Below, in pieces: positions 35,670 through 48,666 of a DNA stretch of 64,000 nucleotides. Numbering within the stretch: position 1 is the stretch's first letter; the number at the start of each line of letters is the position of its first letter. Origin of the DNA: Octopus vulgaris. Lineage: Eukaryota. The notes under the pieces are model-generated. The model made no database searches. It saw only the letters and a list, made by a program, of their open reading frames with translations, and was not told where the DNA came from. The translations under genes were made by a program, and so were the position numbers. Where the stretch lies: the NCBI GenBank assembly GCA_951406725.2, contig OX597827.1, positions 14,074,001-14,138,000 of the forward strand. Reading direction: 5' to 3'.

Positions 35670-37302
35670 TATATATATGTATATATATATAATCCAAAGT
35701 TAGGGAATGGAGCAGATTAAACCCAGGCTACATATGTTTGATACCCAACAGAACCTCAGAAGAAGTAATTACCCAAACAAGGTGCAATCTGTTAGCTACT
35801 CGTCATGCCAAATATACTTTAGTCAAATGAAAGCTATATTGTCAAGCTTCCTAGCTTCCTACACCTTGATCCTGGGATCTTATCTTTATACATTACTATA
35901 TATATGTGTGTGTGTGTATTATTTGCATATATTAGATATATGTAACTTAAATACATGTATATATCTTAATATGCACATACACACACAAACACACAGACAC
36001 ACACAAACACACAGACACACACAAACACACAGACACACACAAACACACAGACACACACAGTCTTGCACACATGCGTGCACACACATGTGCATACACACAC
36101 ACACACACACCTATTGTTATGAAGACAAATGAAATCTTTTATGTAGTTATTCCCTATGTATGTGTGTCATGCTGTGCTGGTGCTTTGCAAAGGGTTATCT
36201 AGGTACAGCTCAAATTTTTAAAAAGTTTAAGGTTTTAAAAATTTGCATTAACACTTGGGCATCTTGAAAAAAAAACCATTATGTTATTCATGGTTTTATT
36301 ATACATGTGTATGGTTAATAAAACAAAATAAGCTGTAATGTTTCTGTATGTATACATGTATGTATTTGTGCATACATATATGTATGTGTTTTATATATGC
36401 ATGTATGTGGATGTGTGTGAGCATATAAGTGTGGGTTTATCTATCTCTCTCTATATAATATATGTATCTATGTATGTATGTATGCATGTATGTATGTACA
36501 TATGTATGTGTGTATGTACACATACATGTATGGATGCATGCATGTATATATGTATTAATATATGTAAGCATGTAATTATGCATGCAAACATGTATGTATG
36601 CGTGTGTAAGTGTATGTATGTATGAATGAGTGTGTAAGTGTATGTGCGAATGTGTGTGTGCTTCTAAAGTCTAAACTTCAAATATATATATATATTTTTT
36701 TTTTTTACCATTCCACATGAAATTTTTGTTTTTTCTTTCTTTTTCCTTTGAACTCCAGCGCACTGTGAAGTCAAAAACGTTGAGAACACTGCTATAATAT
36801 TTTTAAAACAGAAAAAGACACGTTAGATAATGTAGTCACACAGACACTACATCCGATCCGGCAGCAAAGCAAAAGCCAAAACAGAAACCAAAAAAAAAAA
36901 CAAAAAAAAAAAAACAAAGAAAAAAGAAAAGAATGGACGATAAAACAGAAAACGAGTGTAGTGGTCAGGGGCTTGATTGTCTTTGATCATAGATTACATC
37001 GACCAGAACTGCCCCAGGGGTTAAACAACAATAATATATATGAAAGTTAACTAGAACTGGAAGCCCTGCGTGAGGGCACCTTTGGTCAACTAGTAAACAG
37101 GGTTTGATTCTTGCACTGCAAACTCACTTTTGATTTGGCTTCAAGTGTCATTATGTTTTATATCTAGATTCAAGTTTTATAAATTTATGAATTTAAATAT
37201 AAATACTACGCCATAAGCTTCTTTATCGTTTAGGTTTCGTACTGGAAAAAAAAAAAAAAAATCAGATATGCAAAGTTATGCAAAGTTATCAATTTACTCA
37301 TT

Positions 37303-37576
37303 ACTCTCTTTTACTTGTTTCAGTCATTTGACTACGGCCATGCTGGAGCACCGCCTTTTAGTCGAGCAAATCGACCCCAGGACTTATTCTTTTGTAAGCC
37401 CAGTACTTATTCTATCGGTCTCTTTTGCCGAACCGCTAAGTGACAGTGACGTAAACACACCAGCATCGGTTGTCAAGCAATGCTAGGGGGACAAAGACAG
37501 ACACACAAACACACACGCATATATATTTATATACATATATACAACGGGCACATAAACATACACACACACACATATA

Positions 37577-37617
<41 letters not shown>

Positions 37618-37782
37618 TAGGACGGGATTCTTTCAGTTTCCGTCTACCAAATCCACTCACAAGGCATTGGTCGGCTCGGGGCTATAGCAGAAGACACTTG
37701 CCCAAGATGCCATGCAGTGGGACTGAACCCAGAACCATGTGGTTGGTTAGCAAGCTACTTACCACACAGCCACTCCTGCGCC
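37303..37782 (-). mobile_element. SINE family A
   Basis: Full-length A with a duplicated microsatellite middle. Confidence 0.9.
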
Positions 37783-38021
37783 TATCTGTTCTTTTTTTTT
37801 TTACTTAACTGATGCAGTCATTGACAAGACACACAAACACATACACAAACACCCCCCCCACACACACACACACTGATGCATGCATACATACATATTTACA
37901 TACACTTATGCATTAACACATCCATCCGTCTGTCCATTTGTACAGTTATCTGTCCATCCATCCATCTGTCCATCCATACATATACACATACATACTTACG
38001 TGCATACATACATACATACAC

Positions 38022-38305
38022 ATCATCATCATCATCATTGTTCTACCGTGGTCGAGACAATGGAATTTACCAAGCTACGCCAGACTTCATGGTCCATCAT
38101 GGCATCACGGAGGTCCCGTTGCTGGATGCCCGTATCCCCGGAGACCACATCAGGGTAGAAGAGTGTGCGCCCTCTGGTATTGTGAGTAGATGGCTTCCAG
38201 AGGAGAAGAGTAGAAATTATCTCTTTTTCAGCTCTACAACAATGTCCAGCAAACCGGACTCTCCTACCCCTCACAAGAGACGACACAGGCAGCAGTTTCC
38301 CATAC
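38022..38305 (-). pseudogene. RTE-clade LINE ORF C-terminus
   Basis: LLPVSSLVRGRRVRFAGHCCRAEKEIISTLLLWKP...RGRT..YPDVVSGDTG...AMMDHEVWRSLV followed by a (GAT)n tail. Confidence 0.88.
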
Positions 38306-38587
38306 ATTTGCACTTTTGCATACATACACACACACACACATACATACACACACACATACATACATACATGAGTACATACATTGATACACACATATGCATA
38401 CAAAGACAGGCATACTTTAAAGGCAAACAAAGCACACAGAGGCAAATAAAAACTGACTCCAAAGAAGATGGTGAGATAATCTCAAAGAATCAACAAAATG
38501 ATTTCTTGAATAATATGCCAGGAAGAAAGAGATGTTTATTTTTTAACCTTTTTATTTATTTATACATTTATTTATTAAAATTTTTTT

Positions 38588-38983
38588 TTGCTTCAGTCAT
38601 TTCACTGCAGCCATGCTGGAGCACCGCCTTTAGTCGAGAAAATCAACCCCTGGACTTATTCTTTTGTAAGCCTAGTACTTATTCTATCGGTCTCTTTGGC
38701 CAAACCACTAAGTTACAGGGACATAAACGCACCAACAGTGGTTGTTAAGCAAAAGTGTGGGGGACGAACACAGACACACAAACACACACACACACATACA
38801 CACACATGCATATACGACAAGCTTCTTTCAGTTTCCGTCAACCAAATCCACTCACAAGGCTTTGGTCGGGCCAAGGCCTTGGTTAGGTTAAGGTTATAGT
38901 AGAAGACACTTGCCCAAGGTGCCACGCAGTGGGACTGAACCCAGAACCATATGGTTGGTAAGCAAGCTTCTTACCACACTGCC
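38588..38983 (-). mobile_element. SINE family A
   Basis: Homology to family A. Confidence 0.88.
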
Positions 38984-39119
38984 ATTTATTTACTGAGGAC
39001 ACGAGAGCTTTGAACATATGTTTGTCTCTCAATGGCTGCCATTATCAACTCACCATTGTTTTAACTTCCTGACCAGCAAACACAGAACTTAGCGTGGAGA
39101 CCATTTATAGCCTAGGGCT

Positions 39120-39320
39120 AAGAATCATTAGCACACTGGACACAAAATATACGTAGTGGCATGTTGTCTGTCTTCAGATTCTGAGTTCAAATTCCACCAA
39201 GGTCAACTTTACCATTCATTCTTTCAGGGTCTATAAAATAAAGTATCAGTCAAGCACTGGGGTTGATGTAATTGACCTTTGCCCTCCATCTAAAAGTCTT
39301 TGCCTTGTGGCAGAATTAAG
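39120..39320 (+). mobile_element. SINE family B (diverged)
   Basis: agaatcattagcac...ttctgagttcaaattccacc. Confidence 0.7.
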
Positions 39321-39653
39321 AAGCACTGTTCTCTCAGCGTTTCAGTTGATATTATAGAAAGAATTCTTCAAGCTAGTCTTCATCTTGAAGACAAAAAATG
39401 CTAGAAATAGACTCTGATACAAGGAAATAGGAAAGGTTAATTCATTATTCATATTTAATTAATTCTATTAACAGCCTCAGTGTCCTAAGTATTTAGATTC
39501 TCACTCAAGAGAGCCACAAAATCGTTTAATGGCGTATTAGTGCAATATCAGATAATGATTGCGAATGCTGGACTATTTAAACCATTATCAATTGATGTTA
39601 GGAATGAGATGGGACAATGGAGAGAAGAAGCCAGTGATGAGAGTAAGGAAGAC

Positions 39654-39898
39654 GGTGGTGGTGGTGGTGGTGGTGGTGGTGGTGGTGGTGGTGGTGGTGG
39701 TGGTGGTGGTGGTGGTGGTGGTGGTGGTGGTGGTGGTGGTTGTGGTGGGGGTGGTGGTGGTTGTGTGGTGGTGGTGGTGGTGGTGGTGGTGGTGGTGGTG
39801 GTGGTGGTGGTGGTGGTGGTGGTGGTGGTGGTGGTGGTGGTGGTGGTGGTGGTGGTGGTGGTGGTGGTGGTGGTGGTTGTGGTGGTGGTGGTGGTGGT
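39654..39898 (+). repeat. long (GGT)n microsatellite, ~245 bp
   Basis: Directly visible; produces the poly-G/V/W/H/T/P ORFs. Confidence 0.97.
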
Positions 39899-40059
39899 CG
39901 GTTAATGATGACGATGATGACAATTGTGCGCTTTCTGTTCCTTCCCTTTATACACACAAGAAAATAACAAATGTCATCAACATCATCATCATCAGTGGCA
40001 GTAACAGTAGCAGCAACATGAACACTGTGCTCTCTCTCTCTCTCTCTTTCTCTCTCTTT

Positions 40060-40120
40060 AAATATGTGTGCGTGTGTGCATGCACGTATGTGTGTGTATG
40101 GGCATGTGTGTATGCGTATA

Positions 40121-40183
<63 letters not shown>

Positions 40184-40319
40184 TTGTATGTGTGTGTATA
40201 TATACTTATGTATGTATGTGTGTGTATATTGTACATTTATGTGTCTGTATACACTACACATATATATATATATGCATACACATACACATCTATATCATCT
40301 ATATCTATATAAGTGTGTG

Positions 40320-40350
<31 letters not shown>

Positions 40351-40466
40351 GCAATATATATGCATATATACATATATATAATATATATACATATATATAC
40401 ACACACACACACATCTACATCTATATAAGTGTGTGTATATATATATATATATATATGCAATATATA

Positions 40467-40500
<34 letters not shown>

Positions 40501-40547
40501 CAATATATATGCATATATACATACATATATATAATATATATACATAT

Positions 40548-40583
<36 letters not shown>

Positions 40584-40633
40584 GTGCAATATATATGCAT
40601 ATATACATACATATATATAATATATATACATAT

Positions 40634-40667
<34 letters not shown>

Positions 40668-40706
40668 GCAGGTATATATGTATATAGTTGTATATACATA
40701 TATACA

Positions 40707-40742
<36 letters not shown>

Positions 40743-40745
40743 TGT
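40060..40745. repeat. compound TA/CA microsatellite with higher-order units
   Basis: The unit gcaatatatatgcatatatacatacatatatataata recurs 3-4 times. Confidence 0.9.
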
Positions 40746-41532
40746 AACTCACACAACCACCCCAGCCCAAGCTCGGCTAGCTAAAATTTACATGATAAAA
40801 CAAACCACAACGATGTAAGCTTTCTCTTCTTTACACCACCACCACCACCACCACCACCACCACCACAACAACTGTTTTTAGCTTAGCTTTTGTTTTGTTT
40901 TATTTTCTTTTGTCTTTATTTCAAAGATAATAAAAGATAAATAACAACCACAACAACAACAACAACTACAACAACAACAACAACAACAACAAGAGAAACG
41001 GATGAACTGTAATATAAGCCCGTTATAATAAAATATTTCGTCTTTCATCTAAAATCCTTCCTCTCTATTATTATTCAATTTCTGCTGTTATCATCGCATC
41101 ATAGGTGATAGCTCTTGTTTTTTTTTTTTTGTCTTTTAAAGAAAGCATTTCGTAAAAGACATTCAAAACCATTTTGTCAAAAGATTGCCACCTTTAAATT
41201 GTTAGTTTTGTTCCATTGTATAAAAGATCTATCAGTTTTCTATGTCGTTCTCTTACATAGGTGTAAATGGCTTTTGTTTCTTCTCTGCGTATGTATTTTC
41301 TTGTAGGCCTGTGTGCATGTATGTGTGTGTTTCTGTACTTGTGTGTGTGTGTGAGAGAGTTTAAAGATATGTCGTTAAGGTGTAACATAAAATGGGTTAT
41401 ATACCTATGTTTGAGTGCAAATGTGTAAGTGTGCACAAGTTTGCATACCTGCATGCATATAACTGCACATATGTGTTTGTTATACATGTGTGATGCATTT
41501 GTGTCTTGTGTCTATGATGTGCATGTATGTAT

Positions 41533-41772
41533 ATCATCATCATCCTCATCATAATCATCATCATTGTTTAACGTCTGCTTTCCATGCTAGCATGGGTTGG
41601 ACGATTTGACTGAGGACTGGCGAACCAGATGGCTGCACCAGGCTCCAATCTTGATCTGGCAGAGTTTCTACCACTGGATGCCCTTCCTAATGCCAACCAC
41701 TCCGAGAGTGTAGTAGGTGCTTTTGTGTGCCACCAGCACGGAAGCCAATCTGCTGCTCTAGCAGCAATCACA

Positions 41773-41775
<3 letters not shown>
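41533..41775 (-). mobile_element. family C
   Basis: (cat)n tail and C body. Confidence 0.85.
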
Positions 41776-41811
<36 letters not shown>

Positions 41812-41814
41812 CTT

Positions 41815-42130
41815 GGCCCCTGTGCCGGTGGCACGTAAAAAGCTCCATCTGATCGTGGCCATTGCCAGCCTTGCCTGCCCCCGTGCTGGTGGCACGTAAA
41901 AAGCACCATCCAACCGTGACCGTTTGCCAGCCCAGTCTGACACCTGTGCCGGTGGCACGTAAAAAGCACCCACTACACTCACAGAGTGGTTGCCATTAGG
42001 AAGGGCATCCAGCCGTAGAAACACTGCCAGATCAGACTGGGCCTGGTGCAGCCTTCTGGCTTCCCAGACACCAGTTGAACCGTCCAACCCATGCTAGCAT
42101 GGAAAGCGGACGCTAAACAATGATGATGAT
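41815..42130 (+). mobile_element. family C with VNTR
   Basis: Three gtgc(c/t)ggtggcacgtaaaaagc units and a (gat)n tail. Confidence 0.9.
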
Positions 42131-42167
42131 ATATATTTATATGTGAATGTATAGATATATTTACATG

Positions 42168-42226
<59 letters not shown>

Positions 42227-42809
42227 GAATTTGTCATATTTACATACCGGAATTTTACCGGTAAATAATTGTTGGTTATATGAAAAACCACTGAAAAATT
42301 ATTTACCATTTTTATTGTATTACCATGTGAACTTCTTATTCCATTGCGATCGGCCAGGCGGCGCACACGGCAGAATTTTTGGAGGGAAAATTTACGTTCT
42401 CAGTCATTACTTAGTTTTAACATATGCACACCTCCCCCCACTATCTGATGTCGCTTGGTCAGAAGTGAGGGCTTGTGGCATTTGCTAAATCTATCGAATA
42501 TGGTGTTGATAAAGGAAATCAAGCTATTTTCGTGCTTGTGATCTAGAAACATGTTCATCATTAACGGTAAGAGATTGGTTTCGTTTATTTGCTACTCCGT
42601 TTTTTGCGTATGTGAATCGCAGGGTTCGTCGTATTTGGAAAATCCACTTATAGAAAATGGAAAAAACAGTCTTTGACTGCCATTTTTAATTCCTCCGGTA
42701 TGCGGCGAGGCAGCCTGCTGCCCGCCCTTTAATTATTTTCACTATATATATATATATATATATATATGCATGTATACAAATATATATAGACCTATATCTA
42801 TGTATGTTA

Positions 42810-43015
42810 GCATGAGGCCAACAATTTCAGGCGAGTTGGGTGCAAAGGAATTACGTCAACCCTTTTGCTCAACTGGTACTTATTTCATCAAGCCCCAAAA
42901 GGATGAATGGCAATGTCAACCTCAGTAGAATTTGAACTCAGAACATAAAGATAGGCGAAATGCCACTAAGCATTTTTCCCAGCATGCTGACATTTCCATC
43001 AACTCACCACCTTAC
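42810..43015 (-). mobile_element. SINE family B (diverged)
   Basis: Homology to family B. Confidence 0.7.
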
Positions 43016-43329
43016 TAATAACTCTAATACTGAATCAGATAAATGTTTAAATCTTGTTAGTGCTGATAAAGCAAAAATCATGTTGTATGCAGTTTAACAG
43101 AAAACAGCTTATAGAAGGCATTAAGATTGAAATGATTAAACCAAAACTCATTGCATTGTGTGATGAGCTGGTAGAATCATCAGTGCATTGGACAAGATCT
43201 TTAAGAATACAACCTCTCGCTTTTAATGTTCGGAGTTCAAATACCTCTGAGGTCAACTTTGCTTTTCATATTTTCAGAGTTGGGAAACTAAAGTGTCAGT
43301 TAACTATTTGAACGCACCAAGTGGATATG

Positions 43330-43565
43330 TCTACTCTTTACTTTCTTTTGCTTGTTTCAGTCATTTGACTGTGGCCATGCTGGAGCACCGCCTTTAGTCG
43401 AGCAAATCAACCCCGAGACTTATTCTTTGTAAGCCTAGTACTTATTCTATCAGTCTCTTTTGCCGACCTGCTAAGTTACAGGGATGTAAACACACCAGCA
43501 TCGTTTGTCAAGTGATGTTTGCGGGACAAACACAGACACACAAACATATACACACACATACATAC

Positions 43566-43604
<39 letters not shown>

Positions 43605-43770
43605 TACGACAGTCTTCTTTTCAATTTCCGTCAACCAAATCCACTCACAAGTCTTTGGTTGGCCCGAGGCTATAATAGAAGACACTTGCCCAAGGAGCCA
43701 CGCAGTGGGACTGAACCAGGAACCATGTGGTTGGTAAGCAAGATACTTACCACACAGCCACTCCTGCACC
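43330..43770 (-). mobile_element. SINE family A
   Basis: Full-length A. Confidence 0.9.
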
Positions 43771-43887
43771 TGTTCATTATATTATAACTATTAATTGTGG
43801 AAAGTGGTTTTACCCCAAGGCTGTGTAAAAAAAAGCAGAAAAAAGAACCTCTCCTTATGCTGCAGGAAGTGGAGCCATTCCTAGTGA

Positions 43888-44228
43888 CATCATCATCATC
43901 ATCATCATCATCATCATTGTTTAACGTCTGCTTTCCATGCTAGCATGGGTTGGACGGTTCAACTGGGGTCTGGGAAGCCAGAAGGCTGCACCAGGCCCAG
44001 TCTGATCTGGCAGTGTTTCTACAGCTGGATGCCCTTCCTAACGCCAACCACTCCATGAGTGTAGTGGGTGCTTTTTACGTGCCACCGACACACGTGCCAG
44101 GGGAGGTTGGCAAACGGCCACGATCGGATGGTGCTTTTTACGTGCCAACGGCACAGGTGCCAGGGGAGGTTGGCAAACGGCCACGATCGGATGGTGCTTT
44201 TTACGTGCCACCGGCATGGAGGCCAGTC
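43888..44228 (-). mobile_element. family C with VNTR
   Basis: Two near-identical 63-bp units ...gccaggggaggttggcaaacggccacgatcggatggtgctttttacgtgcca. Confidence 0.9.
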
Positions 44229-44789
44229 ACTTTATACAAAAGAAAAATTATTTAATTTTCTTAATTGTTTTTCATTTATTTCATCAATTATGTTTTTACA
44301 GAGCAAGGGCTAAATACTTTTAGTAATGAATATGAAATCCTTACCTGCAGGAGATAACGGGAAAGTATTACAGAAGCAGAATATATTCTATTTTTTTTTT
44401 TGATGGATAATTAGCGTCATTACATGAATGACCATGAAATTTAATTATGCAGTCAAAGGGTTAAGTATTGAGGATGATGATATCAATTAGTCCCTTCCAG
44501 CCAAATTACCGTCATTAATGCAATCATTAAGCCAAAAGATCGTCCTGAATTCTATATCGGTTCAAGACAGTTTATTTGAATTATTAAAGTGTGCAATCGA
44601 CCAAAAAAAAAAAAAAAATTTAGGGTTTTTTCAATTCAAAATTAATAAATATGAAAGGTTTATCAACTCAATCCAATTAAAATTTTTGAACTTTAAGCAA
44701 AATTAAGGAGAACCAGCTCACCGTTCCTATTAAAGCTCAGAGTGTATTCTTTATGTAATGCATTTGATGGCATATAAGACACTTATTTT

Positions 44790-45443
44790 CTTTTCTACTC
44801 TAAGTACAAGGCCTGAAATGTTGTGGGAGGAGGCCAGTCAATTAACCCTTTTGTTACCAACCCGGCTGAAACCGGTTCTGGCTCTGAGTACAAATGTCTT
44901 GTTTTCATAAGTTTTGAATTAAAATCTTCCACCAAATCTTAGTCACAATTCATGTTCCTCACACTAGCTGAATTATAGTTAAGTTATTTTACTAAATTCT
45001 TTGGTATATTTAAAGTAATTGAAAGAAACACAGAGCATCTCAAAATAAATACAGTAATGAAAGGGTTAAATTGATCCCAGTATGCAACTGGTACTTAATT
45101 TATCTACCCCAAAAGTATGAACAGCAAAGTTGGCCTCAGTGGAATTTGAACTCAGAATGTAAAGACAGACGAAATACCGTTAAGCATTTCGCCTGGTGTG
45201 CTAATGTTTCTTATTTCTTTACTGCCCACAAGGGGCTACACACAGAGGGGACAAACAAGGACAGATGAAGGGATTAAGTCAATTACATCGACCCCAGTGC
45301 ATAACTGGTGCTTAATTTATTGACCCCGAAAGGATGAAAGACAAAGTTGACCTTGGCGGAATTTGAACTCAGAACGTAAGAGCAGACGAAATACTGCTAA
45401 GCATTTCACCTGGCATGCTAACATTTCTGCCAGCTCACCGCCT
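44790..45443 (-). mobile_element. SINE B dimer with 17-bp TSD, containing a nested MITE
   Basis: tataagacacttatttt at 44773-44789 and 45444-45460. Confidence 0.85.
44846..45065. mobile_element. piggyBac-type MITE (220 bp)
   Basis: TTAA|CCCTTTTGTTAC ... GTAATGAAAGGG|TTAA; removing it restores the SINE B sequence. Confidence 0.85.
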
Positions 45444-45602
45444 TATAAGACACTTATTTTACCAAAAAACAAAATGTCTCAAAAATACATTTCCATGGCC
45501 CTATATGCTTAATTGAGCCACCCATAAACTAATTTTGTCCCTGATGCTTGCTTTTTCTTGAACACACAATACTGAAAGTGTAGTGCATCTAAATACACCT
45601 GT

Positions 45603-46260
45603 ACATCTTTTATGCCATTAAATATGGTAACGTGTCTGCAATCAAAGATGACCCAGAAACAGAGATCATAGAATTGATTTCTTTATCAACAGAATCAATT
45701 GTACTCAGACAAGGACAAAAATTCGTAATTGTCAAAGAACTTTGCCTAAAGCATCGCAGACATGGTTACCTTCAAGATAATTTCAGAAACATTTTTTCAC
45801 GCTAAGAGTTGCTGAAGTATGGAACAGACTGCCGGCATCTAACACCCGTGGACATATTTACAAAGTCAGAAAACAGCACAGCTCCCATGACTTCAGGAAA
45901 CATTTTTTCATGCTAAGAGTTGCTGAAGCATGGAACAGACTGCCGGCATCTAACACCCGTGGACATATTTACAAAGTCAGAAAACAGCACAGCTCCCATG
46001 ACTTCAGGAAACATTTTTTCACGCTGAGAGTTGCTGAAGCATGGAACAGACTGCCGGCATCAGTTGTTAGTTGTCGGAGCACTGTATCCTTCAAAACTTC
46101 CATACTTCCTGAGATTCGCCAACACTACACCTGATTTTCTCCCCTCCAGACACACGCAAGCATGTATCTGACTCATACACTGTTCGCTTTCCAGACATTT
46201 GTACAATACTACAGATACTTTATACGCACTTTCTGACAAGTTGTGCTGCACCTGAGCACA
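45603..46260 (+). mobile_element. rearranged CR1-like LINE 3' end with foreign insert and 111-bp tandem units; tail resumes at 46663-46712
   Basis: NTRGHIYKVRK...FFTLRVAEAWNRLP repeated; aacacccgtg at 45841 and 45952; tail split by a SINE A. Confidence 0.85.
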
Positions 46261-46280
46261 TTTTATTCTTTTCTTTTAGT

Positions 46281-46662
46281 TCTTTTACTTGTTTCAGTCA
46301 CTTGACTGCGGCCATGCTGGAGCACCACCTTTAATCGAGCAACTCGACCCCGGGACTTATTCTTTTGTAAGCCCAGTACTTATTCCATCGGTCTCTTTTG
46401 CCGAACCGCTAACTAACGGGGGACATGAACACATCAGCAATGTTGGGGGGACAAACACAGACATACAAATATATACACACATATACATATAGATACATAT
46501 ATACGACGGGCTTCTTTCAGTTTCCGTCTACCAAATCCACTCACAAGGCATTGGTCGGCCCGGGCTATAGCAGAAGACACTTGCCCAAGATGCCACGCAG
46601 TGGGACTGAACCCGGAACCATGTGGTTGGTAAGCAAGCTACTTACCACACAGCCACTCCTGC
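46281..46662 (-). mobile_element. SINE family A inserted in the CR1 tail
   Basis: Interrupts cctgagcac|tgtatacaata. Confidence 0.88.
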
Positions 46663-46678
46663 ACTGTATACAATACTT

Positions 46679-46709
<31 letters not shown>

Positions 46710-47127
46710 AATAGTGCAGTCAAATCAAACATTTGATTTACTCCAAATTCAGTCATTTATGCAGGTTTCCATGCAAAAATATTTTATACTTCTAGTAAAG
46801 CTTATTATCAAGGAAAATTTAGCAAACAACAAACAACTAAGCAAAACTAGCTTAAAACTTGAAGTGAGATCCAGCACCACAGTTTAAGTATTCAGTACTT
46901 TTAGCCAGTGCTAGAATGTTCAGCCACTTCTGGCCCTCCAATCTGAGCTTCCTTCTCCAAAACCAGTTTGAAAACTGCAATGAGTGATTATCATAAGATC
47001 CAATGCCAGAACCAGGATATTCAGTACTCCAAGCCAGGACTACAAATGTACATCCACTTCTCCCAACCCTACGATGAAATCATCCTTCTCGGATTTTTCA
47101 CCAGCTGGAAATTCAGTAAACAATTAT

Positions 47128-47535
47128 TACTCTTTTACTTGTTTCAGTCATTTGACTGCGGCCATGCTGGAGCACCGCCTTTAGTCGAGCAACTCGACCC
47201 CCCAGGACTTATTTTGTAAGCCCAGTACTTATTCTATCGGTCTCTTTTGCCGAACCGCTAAGTGACAGGGACGTAAACACACCAGCATCGGTTGTCAAGC
47301 AATGCTAGGGGGACAAACACAGACACACAAACATATACACACATACATATAAACATATATATACATATATACGACAGGCTTCTTTCAGTTTCCGTCTACC
47401 AAATCCGCTCACAAGGCTTTGGTCAGCCCGAGGCTATAGTAGAAGACACCTGCCCAAGGTGCCACGCAGTGGGACTGAACCCGGAACCATGTGGTTCATA
47501 AGCAAGCTACTTACCACACAGCCACTCCTATGCCT
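47128..47535 (-). mobile_element. SINE family A
   Basis: Full-length A. Confidence 0.92.
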
Positions 47536-47614
47536 ATTGTTGACTTGTGAACAAGAAATTTTTATAGTTTTATGATCATGTTACTAGGCAAAATTTGAAA
47601 TATTCCATGACCAG

Positions 47615-47926
47615 TTATGTTTTGTTTGTTTCTTCTCGACCCACGCCTGGCTCATAAGGGCCAGTTTCCCGGTTTCCTTGACGTATAGGTTCCCCACCTG
47701 GACGGGACGCCGGTTCGTCGCAGGTGAGCTGCAAAATGCAGGAGGAAAGGGTGAGAGAAAGTTGTGGCGAAAGAGTCAGCAGAAGTTCGTCATTACCTTC
47801 TGTCGGGACCGCGTGGAGCTTAGGTGTTTCGCTCATAAACAAACACGCCACCCGGTCTGAGATTCGAACCCGTGATCCCTCGACCACGAGTCCGCTGCTC
47901 TAACCACTAGGCCATGTGCCTCCACA
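47615..47926 (-). mobile_element. SINE family D
   Basis: Homologous to 5628-5940; flanked by (c/t)agttatgt direct repeats. Confidence 0.88.
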
Positions 47927-48518
47927 CCTAGTTATGTATCATCTCACAACACCATACAAGCCTCCTCTTGGACCATTGATGTCCTCCATTGTTTTTTTGA
48001 TTCAGGTGCAATCTCACCTGCTCTCTTCATTACAAAGATTTTTCATTTCTAATTAGAGTAACCTTTTAGCACTTAAACCAGCCACATCCAGCTAAAATAT
48101 TCTGCCCTCGATTTATGCTCAAACTGGCCAGATCGGGCCTCTCACGCCAGCTTATATGAAACGACACCGCTTATATGATGGTGACACTCATTTACAACTA
48201 TCATGACAAGGAGAGAAACACAGAGACAAATATATGCACAAACGCTAATGTCTATATGGAGCATAAAATACTTATTCACAAATAAAACACACATGTGAAA
48301 ATATATTTGTTTGTGTACATTCACATATGAAGGATTATTTCTAGAATAGACCTCCCCAATTATCCATACATCTATCTGTACCTATATATCTGTGTATGAG
48401 TGTTTGTTTGTATGCATGTATGTGTATATGTATGTATGTATGCATGCATGCATGCATTCATGTATGTATGTTTGTATGTATGCATGCATTCATGTATGTA
48501 TGTATGTATGTATGTATG

Positions 48519-48574
<56 letters not shown>

Positions 48575-48666
48575 CTTTTCTTTCTCACTGGACCGCTAGT
48601 AGCGGAGAATTTTTTAAAGAATTTTTTGGTACCCTTATATTTATTATATGTATATATATATATATA

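Noticed and set aside
37876-38748. 290-aa plus-strand ORF
   Set aside because: A patchwork of microsatellite, antisense RTE fragment and SINE A sequence.
39540-40428. Poly-Gly/Val/Trp/His/Pro/Thr ORFs
   Set aside because: All are frames of one (GGT)n tract.
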